Positions 16,155 to 24,313 of a stretch of 55,499 bases of DNA are shown piece after piece (within the stretch, counting starts at the first letter, position 1; the number at the start of each line of letters is the position of its first letter). The notes under the pieces are model-generated. The model made no database searches. It was not told the DNA's origin and saw only the letters and a list, made by a program, of their open reading frames with translations. The stretch comes from a virus (lineage: Duplodnaviria > Caudoviricetes). A program made the translations under genes and the position numbers. The stretch covers positions 1 to 55,499 of the IMG/VR virus record IMGVR_UViG_3300030207_002164. One strand, 5' to 3'.

Positions 16155-18640
16155 AGAATAAAAGTTATTTATTAGTCATTTTGTTTTGGCTGCTAACATT
16201 GTGTGTGTTAGGTCAACCTGGTAACGACAGTATACCGCCTCCTTGTTCTGGTGTTGAAAATCTACAAGGTCAGATTGATTGCTTTCCTTTTGCGCCTAAT
16301 CAAGGTCAACTACAGGTTATGTGGACTATACCTGAGCCTGGATGTAATCCAGTTGGATTCTACAGAGGTGATGACTTAGACGACCTACAGTTTGTGCCAT
16401 ACGGCCAGTGGTTTAATGGTAGTTTTTATGGTGGCGTTCCATCTTCACCTGTATCAAATGATGAGTACTATTTTATAGTAGAGTCTCCTGGTGAGGTTAT
16501 GGATACACTTGTGATTGAAAATCCAAATTGCGGTATTGGTTGCTTAGACCCAGTGGCATCTAACTACAATCCTTTTGCTGGTATAGAGAGTGAGTTTGGG
16601 GAGTCGTGTCAATATGGCGAAGTGTCAGAATGTGGTAATACATTCACACAAAAAGTCTATGTAAGTATAACTGCAGATACATATTCTCAGTGGGAAACGA
16701 GCTGGGAGATAGTTACTACGGACAGCATCCCCATAGTTCTTGCTAGCGAAGATATAGGTTTTTATCAAACAGAGGGATTAAATGTAACAACAGAATACTG
16801 TATACCTCTTGGAGCAGAGTTTACATTCAATATATACGACACATTTGGAGATGGACTTGCAGGATCTACAACGGGAGGATTTACAGATGGAGATGTTCTT
16901 GTATATACAGAGTGTGGTAATACTATATACAGCATACTACCTTTTGAGGGTCAGAATCCTGATTACGGATATGAAGCTGTTAGTGTACCTAACCTATTAA
17001 ACCCATGTCCCCCAGACAACCCTCCGTTTGGGTGCTTAGATCCAAACTACTTAGAGTTCAACTCTCTCGCTACAAACAACGATTCTAATCTATGCGTAAC
17101 TACTGCTATTCCAGGCTGCCTTAACGAGAACGCATTCAACTACGATCCAGAGGCAAATATCATGGATTACATTCCTGAGTGTGAATATACCCTTATGTTA
17201 TTTGACGGAGGAGGCGATGGATGGGACGGATCTTACTTAGGTGTTGTGCAGAACGGCGAACCTATTGGTGCGTTTACATGCACAGAAGAGCAAGTATTCT
17301 ATGATATAACAGTAAGCTCTCAAACACACGTAGAGTTTAAGTTTTACGAAGTTGAGTTTGGTAGTTTCTTTGGGGAGGGAGGTACAAGCACTGATGTATC
17401 ACAATGTGGATTTAAACTAATAAGCCCTAACGGTAATATAGTCTTTGAGAAGGGAACTAATCCTTGGTTAGATCCTATAGATCCTGACGAAGTATATACG
17501 CCTTACTTAAGATGCGGTAACTACTGCGAGCCTTACACATACGGATGTACAGACGAGGCTGCGCAGAACTATGATAGTGATGTTAACACAGAGGATGGTA
17601 GTTGTTACTACCAAGCTGGCTGTGCACAAGCTGGTTATTTAGAATATTACACGCAAGGATATGAAGCTGATTATGATGATGGTAGTTGTAATACTATTGC
17701 TGTGTTTGGATGTATGGATGAAGAAGCATTTAACTACAGCGCAGAAGCAAATGTAGATAACGAAGGCTGCATACCTGTAGTTCTAGGTTGTATGAATCCT
17801 CTAGCCTATAATTACTTACCATCTGCAAACGTCGATGACGATAGCTGCATACCTTACATATATGGATGTATGGACCCAGGTGCATATAACTACAACCCCA
17901 ATGCAAATATAGATGACGGAGAATGTGAGCCATTTATATATGGATGCACTGACAATACTATGTTTAATTATAACCCTGCTGCAAATGCCGAATACGACCC
18001 TACTAATTGTGAGCCTTATATCTATGGTTGCACCGATCCTAGCATGCTTAACTATAACTCATCCGCTAACACAGAAGATTTTAGCTGTATTCCTTACATT
18101 TACGGTTGTACTGATCCTACTGCCCTTAATTATGATGAGTTGGCTAATACAGACAACGGCTCGTGTATTGAAGTATTAGTCGACTGCATGGATCCTGATG
18201 CATTCAATTATAATGAGTTAGCTAACACTTCTGACGAAGAAGTTTGCTTATATGATGCAGGATGTATAGGTGGGCCTGGTGAGCCATACTGGCTTAACGA
18301 TGGTTGCTATGCTTGGATCATAGACATCGACCCATACTGCTGTGAGATTGCATGGGATGAAACGTGCGTAGATCTTTACTCGTACTGCGAGCAAGGTTGG
18401 CCGCAGGGAGTGCTAGAAACAACAAGAGATATAACCGTATATCCTAACCCTGCAAGCATGATCTTAAACGTGCAGGCCCCCGTAGGAGCTATTACAAGCT
18501 TATATAACGCATTTGGTCAGCTTGTAGTGGTTGGGACTACAGACAGTACAATAAATCTCTCACAGCTCTCTAATGGCGTGTATGAGGTTGTAATAGAATA
18601 TAATGGAATAATTATTAACAAGAAAATTATAAAATCATGA
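16151..18640 (+). CDS. Cys-rich repeat protein with signal peptide and C-terminal type IX secretion (type A) sorting domain
   Basis: Signal peptide ending VLG-Q; 12 GCxDxxAxNY-type repeats; CTD VYPNPAS...LYNAFGQLV...INLSQLSNGVYEVVI...KKIIKS. Confidence 0.9.
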   Translation: MKNKSYLLVILFWLLTLCVLGQPGNDSIPPPCSGVENLQGQIDCFPFAPNQGQLQVMWTIPEPGCNPVGFYRGDDLDDLQFVPYGQWFNGSFYGGVPSSPVSNDEYYFIVESPGEVMDTLVIENPNCGIGCLDPVASNYNPFAGIESEFGESCQYGEVSECGNTFTQKVYVSITADTYSQWETSWEIVTTDSIPIVLASEDIGFYQTEGLNVTTEYCIPLGAEFTFNIYDTFGDGLAGSTTGGFTDGDVLVYTECGNTIYSILPFEGQNPDYGYEAVSVPNLLNPCPPDNPPFGCLDPNYLEFNSLATNNDSNLCVTTAIPGCLNENAFNYDPEANIMDYIPECEYTLMLFDGGGDGWDGSYLGVVQNGEPIGAFTCTEEQVFYDITVSSQTHVEFKFYEVEFGSFFGEGGTSTDVSQCGFKLISPNGNIVFEKGTNPWLDPIDPDEVYTPYLRCGNYCEPYTYGCTDEAAQNYDSDVNTEDGSCYYQAGCAQAGYLEYYTQGYEADYDDGSCNTIAVFGCMDEEAFNYSAEANVDNEGCIPVVLGCMNPLAYNYLPSANVDDDSCIPYIYGCMDPGAYNYNPNANIDDGECEPFIYGCTDNTMFNYNPAANAEYDPTNCEPYIYGCTDPSMLNYNSSANTEDFSCIPYIYGCTDPTALNYDELANTDNGSCIEVLVDCMDPDAFNYNELANTSDEEVCLYDAGCIGGPGEPYWLNDGCYAWIIDIDPYCCEIAWDETCVDLYSYCEQGWPQGVLETTRDITVYPNPASMILNVQAPVGAITSLYNAFGQLVVVGTTDSTINLSQLSNGVYEVVIEYNGIIINKKIIKS

Positions 18641-18813
18641 AAGTAGATTGGATTAACAGCTGGAAAGCTGGAAACAAAAAAGAGAAATACCATTTTTCTC
18701 TTAGATTAGGAACTCTAGTTGTGTTTGAAATAAAAGCATGTTTTTTTTGTGACGGACTTTGTTCAAATCAAAAATTTAGATTTATGATACTCAACTTTGG
18801 ATTTCAATTCTAA
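18637..18813 (+). CDS. 58-aa amphipathic beta-strand protein (not in ORF track)
   Basis: MKVDWINSWKAGNKKEKYHFSLRLGTLVVFEIKACFFCDGLCSNQKFRFMILNFGFQF; coupled at both ends. Confidence 0.75.
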   Translation: MKVDWINSWKAGNKKEKYHFSLRLGTLVVFEIKACFFCDGLCSNQKFRFMILNFGFQF

Positions 18814-19886
18814 TGACACATAAAAAAGATTTAACTGTACTTGTCTATGCTATAATTATGATTGTAGCCTTTATTCTGGGCACAACTCTTGAGGCAAAAG
18901 GACAAACATTAAAGAAAACATTTAAGTACGCCACATTTTACACTGCATTTAGCGGTGGTAATTCTGTAGCTGACGATAACATATACTCCGTAACAAATGG
19001 CTTACAGACTAATGTTGTTGAAACTCCATTCGATTATTCTATTACAGCTGGTGTTCGTAAGATCGCTAGGTTTGGATATGAGAACAGGGCTAATGTATTC
19101 TACGACGGTACAGAAAAATCTTATAGTGATGCAGCAAACATTGGTAAAGTAAAAGGTTTTGAGTTTTTATTTGAAGCTGACTGGCGTAGACAGCAGGGCA
19201 GAAACTTCTTGGATCAGGATTACTTCTTGCGCTATGTAGCAAAAAACTGGATAGCAAAAGCAGAATATTTACAAGACGGTTTTGCAGATGTAGAATACTT
19301 TGAGGGTTCTGAGCGATTTAGACTTAATGTAAATGACCGCCTCAGTTTTAACATCGGTATGGCTCAGCGTATATCTGAGCCTTACGGGTATAACCCTTTA
19401 GAAGAATGGGTTTTATCAAACAATAACATCCACTATACCAGTCTTGCTCTACAAGAAGGTTATACTGTAGACGTACAAGGCGGTGAATACTTTGCGCCCG
19501 ATGGCACACTTGTAGCAAACAGCGTTGATGTATGGGAGCAGGTTATTATACCTCAAGTTATTGACGACTATGTAGCCAGGAAGAGAAGTGAGCTTCCGAG
19601 TGTATGGAACTATTCTTTAGTAGTTGGATATGATTATTACAAGTATTCTAAAGAGTTTTGGCTTCACAGCTGGGCCAGTGTAATGCCTTATCATCTTAAG
19701 ACTAATGATGAATTTTCTTATTTTGAAACCACCGAAGGGGGGCAATGGATAGATTACGGTGCAGGCCTTATCTTTGGATGGAGATTAAACAAGAGTCTTG
19801 GTGTATTCTTAGAGGGTAAATACAATAAGTATTGGAATCGAGAATGGCATGATTTCTCTGTCGGACTAAACTATGTGATATTGTAA
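18813..19886 (+). CDS. predicted outer-membrane beta-barrel protein
   Basis: Signal peptide ending AKG-Q; many aromatic-girdled amphipathic strands; terminal GLIFGWRLNKSLGVFLEGKY...DFSVGLNYVIL. Confidence 0.8.
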   Translation: MTHKKDLTVLVYAIIMIVAFILGTTLEAKGQTLKKTFKYATFYTAFSGGNSVADDNIYSVTNGLQTNVVETPFDYSITAGVRKIARFGYENRANVFYDGTEKSYSDAANIGKVKGFEFLFEADWRRQQGRNFLDQDYFLRYVAKNWIAKAEYLQDGFADVEYFEGSERFRLNVNDRLSFNIGMAQRISEPYGYNPLEEWVLSNNNIHYTSLALQEGYTVDVQGGEYFAPDGTLVANSVDVWEQVIIPQVIDDYVARKRSELPSVWNYSLVVGYDYYKYSKEFWLHSWASVMPYHLKTNDEFSYFETTEGGQWIDYGAGLIFGWRLNKSLGVFLEGKYNKYWNREWHDFSVGLNYVIL

Positions 19887-20170
19887 TGGCTAAACAAATT
19901 GGAGAAGATACTAAAGTAACCTTTGACCTTAAGACAATAGGTATGGGTGTAGCAGGGCTAGCAGCTCTTATAGGGATGTGGTTTACATTACAAGCTGACA
20001 TTGCTTTGGCTAAAGAATTACCAGAACCAGCAGATCCAGAGATTACACGCATGGAGTTTGATATGAAGGACCAGCTAGTACGTCAAACAATTATGACAAC
20101 TCAAGAAGATGTGTCAGAGCTAAAAGAAGATCTAGACCGCATCGAAGAAAAAATAGATAAACTGCAATGA
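19886..20170 (+). CDS. single-pass membrane protein with C-terminal coiled coil
   Basis: TM IGMGVAGLAALIGMWFTL; heptads VSELKEDLDRIEEKIDKLQ. Confidence 0.8.
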   Translation: MAKQIGEDTKVTFDLKTIGMGVAGLAALIGMWFTLQADIALAKELPEPADPEITRMEFDMKDQLVRQTIMTTQEDVSELKEDLDRIEEKIDKLQ

Positions 20171-20766
20171 GATTAGCTAAAAAATATAATCAAGGTGGTA
20201 AGCCTTTGACTCCATTCCAAAAAGCTTTTGCTAAAGCTAGAGACGAAGGCAAAGAAACTTTTATGTTTGAAGGAAAGCCATACACTACTAGAACAGAACA
20301 AGAAGAGTATTCTAAATATATTCAATCAGGAGGGCCTAGGAGTATAGATGATATATTTAATTCTCCAGAAGCTATAGCAGAAAGAAAGCAGAGAGAAGAG
20401 GATTATCGGTGGCTGACATCCATGGATAATCCAGCGAACTGGGCGACTGGGGCTATTCAACCAATGGAAGGTTTTAATGACCCTATATTTAATATTTTAC
20501 TAGGTGGTAGGATGCTTCAAAAGCCTGCACAGCAGGCCTTAAAAACAGCGTTAGGTCCTAAGTATAATCCATTAAACCCACAGTATAATCTTAATCGAGG
20601 TGCGCGAGGTCTTGGGCCTGAAAACATATATGAAAGACTTGCTGGAAAAGTTAGTAGATACGGTACTAGAGATTATGCTCCAGGTGCAGGACCAAGCCCA
20701 ACTGTCGTTAATAGAATTGCAGATTTTATTACCGATAATCTACCATCTTTTTTAAGATCACAATGA
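20167..20766 (+). CDS. putative internal virion protein (YNQGG tag, FxxAFxxAR..G..F...G..YTT domain)
   Basis: KKYNQGGK; FQKAFAKARDEGKETFMFEGKPYTTR. Confidence 0.75.
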   Translation: MRLAKKYNQGGKPLTPFQKAFAKARDEGKETFMFEGKPYTTRTEQEEYSKYIQSGGPRSIDDIFNSPEAIAERKQREEDYRWLTSMDNPANWATGAIQPMEGFNDPIFNILLGGRMLQKPAQQALKTALGPKYNPLNPQYNLNRGARGLGPENIYERLAGKVSRYGTRDYAPGAGPSPTVVNRIADFITDNLPSFLRSQ

Positions 20767-21101
20767 TGAGGTTATTTTACATATGTTTACTTGCAATGAT
20801 ATCTGTTGGTATGGGTATACCAGACTCAGGGGTTTGTGTTGTAGAATTCAACGCTAGCTTCAATGCAGCTAACAGTGTGGATTGGATTGACGATTTAAGT
20901 GACTGTAAAGGGAGAAGAGTAGATATAGCTGCCGAACCAGACTTGCAAAGAGAACACAAGATTGTTGTAGTACCTACTGTAATTGTATTTAATGACGGAG
21001 AAGAAGTAGAAAGATTTCAAGCCAACATTATGATGCAGCTTGAAGCTACGCAGGATGATGTGCAAGAAGCGGTTGATGAAATTATAATGAGTGACTTCTA
21101 A
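20763..21101 (+). CDS. exported thioredoxin-fold protein lacking CxxC
   Basis: Hydrophobic N-terminus; VVEFNASFN replaces DFxAxWC; VDI...IVVVPTVIVFNDGEEVERF is a thioredoxin C-terminal signature. Confidence 0.8.
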   Translation: MMRLFYICLLAMISVGMGIPDSGVCVVEFNASFNAANSVDWIDDLSDCKGRRVDIAAEPDLQREHKIVVVPTVIVFNDGEEVERFQANIMMQLEATQDDVQEAVDEIIMSDF

Positions 21102-21403
21102 TGCCTAAGGTTAAGAAAAGAAAAAATAAAATGCCTAAGAAGTTCTCCATTAAAAGTGGAGATAAATCTCCTTCTGGAGGTTTAACGGCTAAGGGTGTAA
21201 GACGTTATCGTGCAGCTAATCCAGGCAGTAAATTAAAGACTGCAGTTACTGAGTCTTCACCAAAAGGTAAGAGAGCTAAAAGAAGAAAGTCGTTTTGTAA
21301 GCGCATGTGTGGAATGAAGAAGAGAAGAACTAGCGCTAAAACAGCAAGAAATCCTAAATCAAGAATAAACAAGGCACTAAGAAAGTGGCGCTGTAGATGT
21401 TAA
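21101..21403 (+). CDS. very basic small virion-associated protein
   Basis: GGLTAKG...RRKSFCKRM.GM...SRINKALRKW motif. Confidence 0.8.
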   Translation: MPKVKKRKNKMPKKFSIKSGDKSPSGGLTAKGVRRYRAANPGSKLKTAVTESSPKGKRAKRRKSFCKRMCGMKKRRTSAKTARNPKSRINKALRKWRCRC

Positions 21404-21407
21404 TGAT

Positions 21408-21599
21408 ATGAAAGCTTTAAAACTAAAAAAAGGAAAAAAATTAACCATATCTAGCAAGACCGTTTCAGTTGATCCACCTAGCGGGTATCACTGGATGGAA
21501 GAAAGTGGTAGGTACTACTTGATGAAGGGCGATTATAAACCCCATCCAGGCGCTGTGCCTAAAGCTAAATTTAAAACTGCAAACCATGCCAAATCTTAA
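21408..21599 (+). CDS. small basic hypothetical protein
   Basis: ORF track; PPSGYHWM...YKPHPGA. Confidence 0.75.
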   Translation: MKALKLKKGKKLTISSKTVSVDPPSGYHWMEESGRYYLMKGDYKPHPGAVPKAKFKTANHAKS

Positions 21600-21759
21600 A
21601 AAGAAAAAAGAATTCAAGAAAGGTGGTACGACTAAAGATGCTTGCTACCACAAGGTAAAGGCACGTTATAAAAAGTGGCCTTCTGCTTATGCTTCAGGTG
21701 CTTTGGCTAAGTGTCGTAAAGTTGGTGCTGCTAACTGGGGTAATAAGAGTAAGAACTAA
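21586..21759 (+). CDS. 57-aa basic protein with WPSAYAS motif (not in ORF track)
   Basis: MPNLKKKKEFKKGGTTKDACYHKVKARYKKWPSAYASGALAKCRKVGAANWGNKSKN; TAATG coupling. Confidence 0.8.
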   Translation: MPNLKKKKEFKKGGTTKDACYHKVKARYKKWPSAYASGALAKCRKVGAANWGNKSKN

Positions 21760-22031
21760 TGCCTAGGGTTCGCAAAACTAAAAAAGGTTTAGCACTTAAA
21801 CGCTGGTTTAAAGAGAAGTGGAGAACCCCAAGAGGTAAAAAAAGATATAGCGGTAAAGACAGAACATTTAGACCTACAGTTCGTGTGTCAAAAGATACGC
21901 CTGCTACATGGTCTGAATTAAGCCCTTCAGAAAAAAGAAGGGCCGCTGCAGAAAAACGCACTAAAGGTAGGGTTTCTAGATATAGAAGGAAAAGAAAGGT
22001 TAAGGTGAAAAAAAACAAATCAGATAAATAA
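21759..22031 (+). CDS. basic protein with LKRWFKEKW motif (DUF5872-like)
   Basis: GLALKRWFKEKW...RPTVRVSKDTP.TWSEL. Confidence 0.8.
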   Translation: MPRVRKTKKGLALKRWFKEKWRTPRGKKRYSGKDRTFRPTVRVSKDTPATWSELSPSEKRRAAAEKRTKGRVSRYRRKRKVKVKKNKSDK

Positions 22032-22032
22032 G

Positions 22033-22040
22033 TATATTTG
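22033..22040 (+). promoter_or_regulatory. -7 element TATATTTG at head of capsid operon
   Basis: Consensus match 17 nt before ATG 22058. Confidence 0.7.
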
Positions 22041-22057
22041 CATAAATAACTATTAAA

Positions 22058-22465
22058 ATGGCTACAGCAACAATACGATTAACTAGCGATATAACAGGCG
22101 ACGCTCTTTCTGTAAACGAAACAGCTACATTGACAAAGGCTAACTCAGCAGACGATGGATTAGATCAATTCACTGGAGTGAACACTCTTTATTTTGAGTC
22201 TACGCAGAGTGACACAAATGTAGTAGCTGCTGCAGATTACGTGGACACAACAGTTGCGCATAAAGTATATATTAGAAATGCAAGCTCTAGCGGCTTTGTA
22301 ACAGTTGATATAGACTCTAGTGCAAATGAACCGCTTGGTAGATTATATCCAGGGGATTGGACTTTCTTTCCATATGACGGAACATTAGATGTTGACATTG
22401 ATACTAGCGCTGCTGGTATGACTGTAGAAGTAGCTGTTTTATCTCAAGCTGCAGTATCATCATAA
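22058..22465 (+). CDS. virion beta-sandwich protein, paralog 1
   Basis: KVYIRN...LGRLYPGDWTFFP. Confidence 0.85.
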   Translation: MATATIRLTSDITGDALSVNETATLTKANSADDGLDQFTGVNTLYFESTQSDTNVVAAADYVDTTVAHKVYIRNASSSGFVTVDIDSSANEPLGRLYPGDWTFFPYDGTLDVDIDTSAAGMTVEVAVLSQAAVSS

Positions 22466-22476
22466 TAATTTAAAAC

Positions 22477-22872
22477 ATGGCAACATCAGCAACATTAACA
22501 TTAGATGCATCGGAGTTCACAGGGGGAGCTGCTTTCTCAGTGGAAACAACTTTTCTTAAGGCTGGGACTAGCGATGATATTACTCAATTTACTGGCCTTT
22601 CTCGAAGAGAGGTTTCAGCCGCAACAAACGACATATCTATTGTAGCTGCATCAGAGTATGCTGATAATCAGGCTGGAAAATTGTATTTTAAAAATACATC
22701 AACAACAGCTGCTAGCACATACATCTTAATGGAGGTTGGCAGTAATGTAATTATTGGTAGATTATATCCAGGAGATTGGATGTTAATACCTGTAGATGGA
22801 ACGGAGGACATTAAGGCTTCTACCTCTGCGGCAGGAATGAGTTATGAATTTGGATTTTTCCACGAAGGTTAA
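22477..22872 (+). CDS. virion beta-sandwich protein, paralog 2
   Basis: KLYFKN...IGRLYPGDWMLIP. Confidence 0.85.
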   Translation: MATSATLTLDASEFTGGAAFSVETTFLKAGTSDDITQFTGLSRREVSAATNDISIVAASEYADNQAGKLYFKNTSTTAASTYILMEVGSNVIIGRLYPGDWMLIPVDGTEDIKASTSAAGMSYEFGFFHEG

Positions 22873-22878
22873 TATAAG

Positions 22879-23280
22879 ATGGCAACAATAACAGCAACAT
22901 TTAGTTTAGACAGCTCAGATTTAACAAGCGATCCTTTAACTCTTAGGACTTCAGCTATACTTACTAAAGCTGGAACTGTTGTTGGTATGACAGACGCAAC
23001 TGGTTTAGCAAGAAAAACTACAACCGCAACAGACACAATAACTTTGTTTGATGGTGCGGACTATACCGACAACATGGCGGGTAAGATATATATAAAGAAC
23101 TTATCTACAATTGCGTCAGAGTTTATAACTATTTTTATGAACTCGGAAAAAATTGGTAGGCTGTATGCAGGCGATTTTGCTTTTTTGCCTTATGCTGCTG
23201 ATGCAGATACAAACGATTTCAAATACGCTCCTAGCGTTAGCACATCTTTAACTGTTGAATACATATTAATACACGAATAA
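22879..23280 (+). CDS. virion beta-sandwich protein, paralog 3
   Basis: KIYIKN...IGRLYAGDFAFLP. Confidence 0.85.
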   Translation: MATITATFSLDSSDLTSDPLTLRTSAILTKAGTVVGMTDATGLARKTTTATDTITLFDGADYTDNMAGKIYIKNLSTIASEFITIFMNSEKIGRLYAGDFAFLPYAADADTNDFKYAPSVSTSLTVEYILIHE

Positions 23281-23684
23281 TGGCAAAAGTAAGATCAACA
23301 TTATCTTTATCTAGCTCAGACGTTTTATCGTCTAACTTAAATCTTACTGTGGGTTCATCCATAGATGCAGATTCTGGAAATCTTAGCAGAGCTAAAGTAT
23401 TAAAAACTGCTGTTCATAACGACGCATTAGTCGTTTACAAATCAAACGATAAATTAGAAGCTGCTTATCTATACGTTAAGAATTTAGACGAAGAAAAAAC
23501 TAAATACATTTATTTATATCAAGACACTGATAACGATGATGTTTTTGCTAAGATTGGTGGGGGTGAGTTTGCCTTTATACCAGTTGCAATAGACAAAACA
23601 ATAAAAGTTTATGCAACACGCATTGACACTATGGTTGAGTACGGTGTGTTTGGATTGGATAGCTCAGCAGTAACATTATCATAA
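23280..23684 (+). CDS. virion beta-sandwich protein, paralog 4
   Basis: YLYVKN...FAKIGGGEFAFIP. Confidence 0.85.
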   Translation: MAKVRSTLSLSSSDVLSSNLNLTVGSSIDADSGNLSRAKVLKTAVHNDALVVYKSNDKLEAAYLYVKNLDEEKTKYIYLYQDTDNDDVFAKIGGGEFAFIPVAIDKTIKVYATRIDTMVEYGVFGLDSSAVTLS

Positions 23685-23694
23685 TAAAAAAAAT

Positions 23695-24291
23695 ATGGCA
23701 ACATTATCAAATACAGGAATGTCAAATCAAATGGCATTTGGTCAATTAGGAAGTGCATTTTTAGATACAGACGCGGGAGTTTTAGTTCCCCCTAATGGAA
23801 TGGTTGTAGTGGCTATTCAGTGTTTAGGTGATACTGAGTTTGATATTCTTACTGCTGAAGATCCAGATACGTTTATAAACACAATATCAGCTTCGCATGC
23901 AACTGCAGCAGATACTGTTTCTACAGGAGTTACTGCAGGTACGTTTATAGATATGGATGGGGACGCTACAGCTGAGGTAGGTGACTCTATGTATTTATCA
24001 TCGACGGGTGCTTTTATAGCGAAAGTAAAAAGAGTAGGATTTGACTCATCAGGGGCTGCTGACGCTTCAGCAATAGAGCTTGACAGACCAGCCACAGTAA
24101 CTACCGCTGCTCATTCTTTTGCAAGTAATACTAAAGGTGGAGGCGGTCTCATTCTGGACACGAGTAATGTATTCCCAAAGGGTATGACAATTTACGGTAG
24201 ATGGACTTGTGTAAGCCTTTCAGGAGATCAAGAAAGTGACGGAGTTGTATGTTACTTTGGTCCCGCTAAAGCAGGCAGCACTACACTATAA
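23695..24291 (+). CDS. virion structural protein
   Basis: FGQLGS...FPKGMTIYGRWT...VCYFG. Confidence 0.8.
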   Translation: MATLSNTGMSNQMAFGQLGSAFLDTDAGVLVPPNGMVVVAIQCLGDTEFDILTAEDPDTFINTISASHATAADTVSTGVTAGTFIDMDGDATAEVGDSMYLSSTGAFIAKVKRVGFDSSGAADASAIELDRPATVTTAAHSFASNTKGGGGLILDTSNVFPKGMTIYGRWTCVSLSGDQESDGVVCYFGPAKAGSTTL

Positions 24292-24313
24292 TAGAAATTA
24301 ACAATTAAATATA

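Noticed and set aside
17540-18250. Diversity-generating retroelement template/variable repeat pair
   Set aside because: Repeats are in-frame protein repeats without adenine-specific differences; no reverse transcriptase in the window
16151-21101. Host chromosomal contamination or prophage boundary
   Set aside because: Genes are coupled to phage genes at both ends, include a typical phage cargo gene (20167) and look compositionally similar; no integrase or att site seen. Read-level confirmation is still advisable
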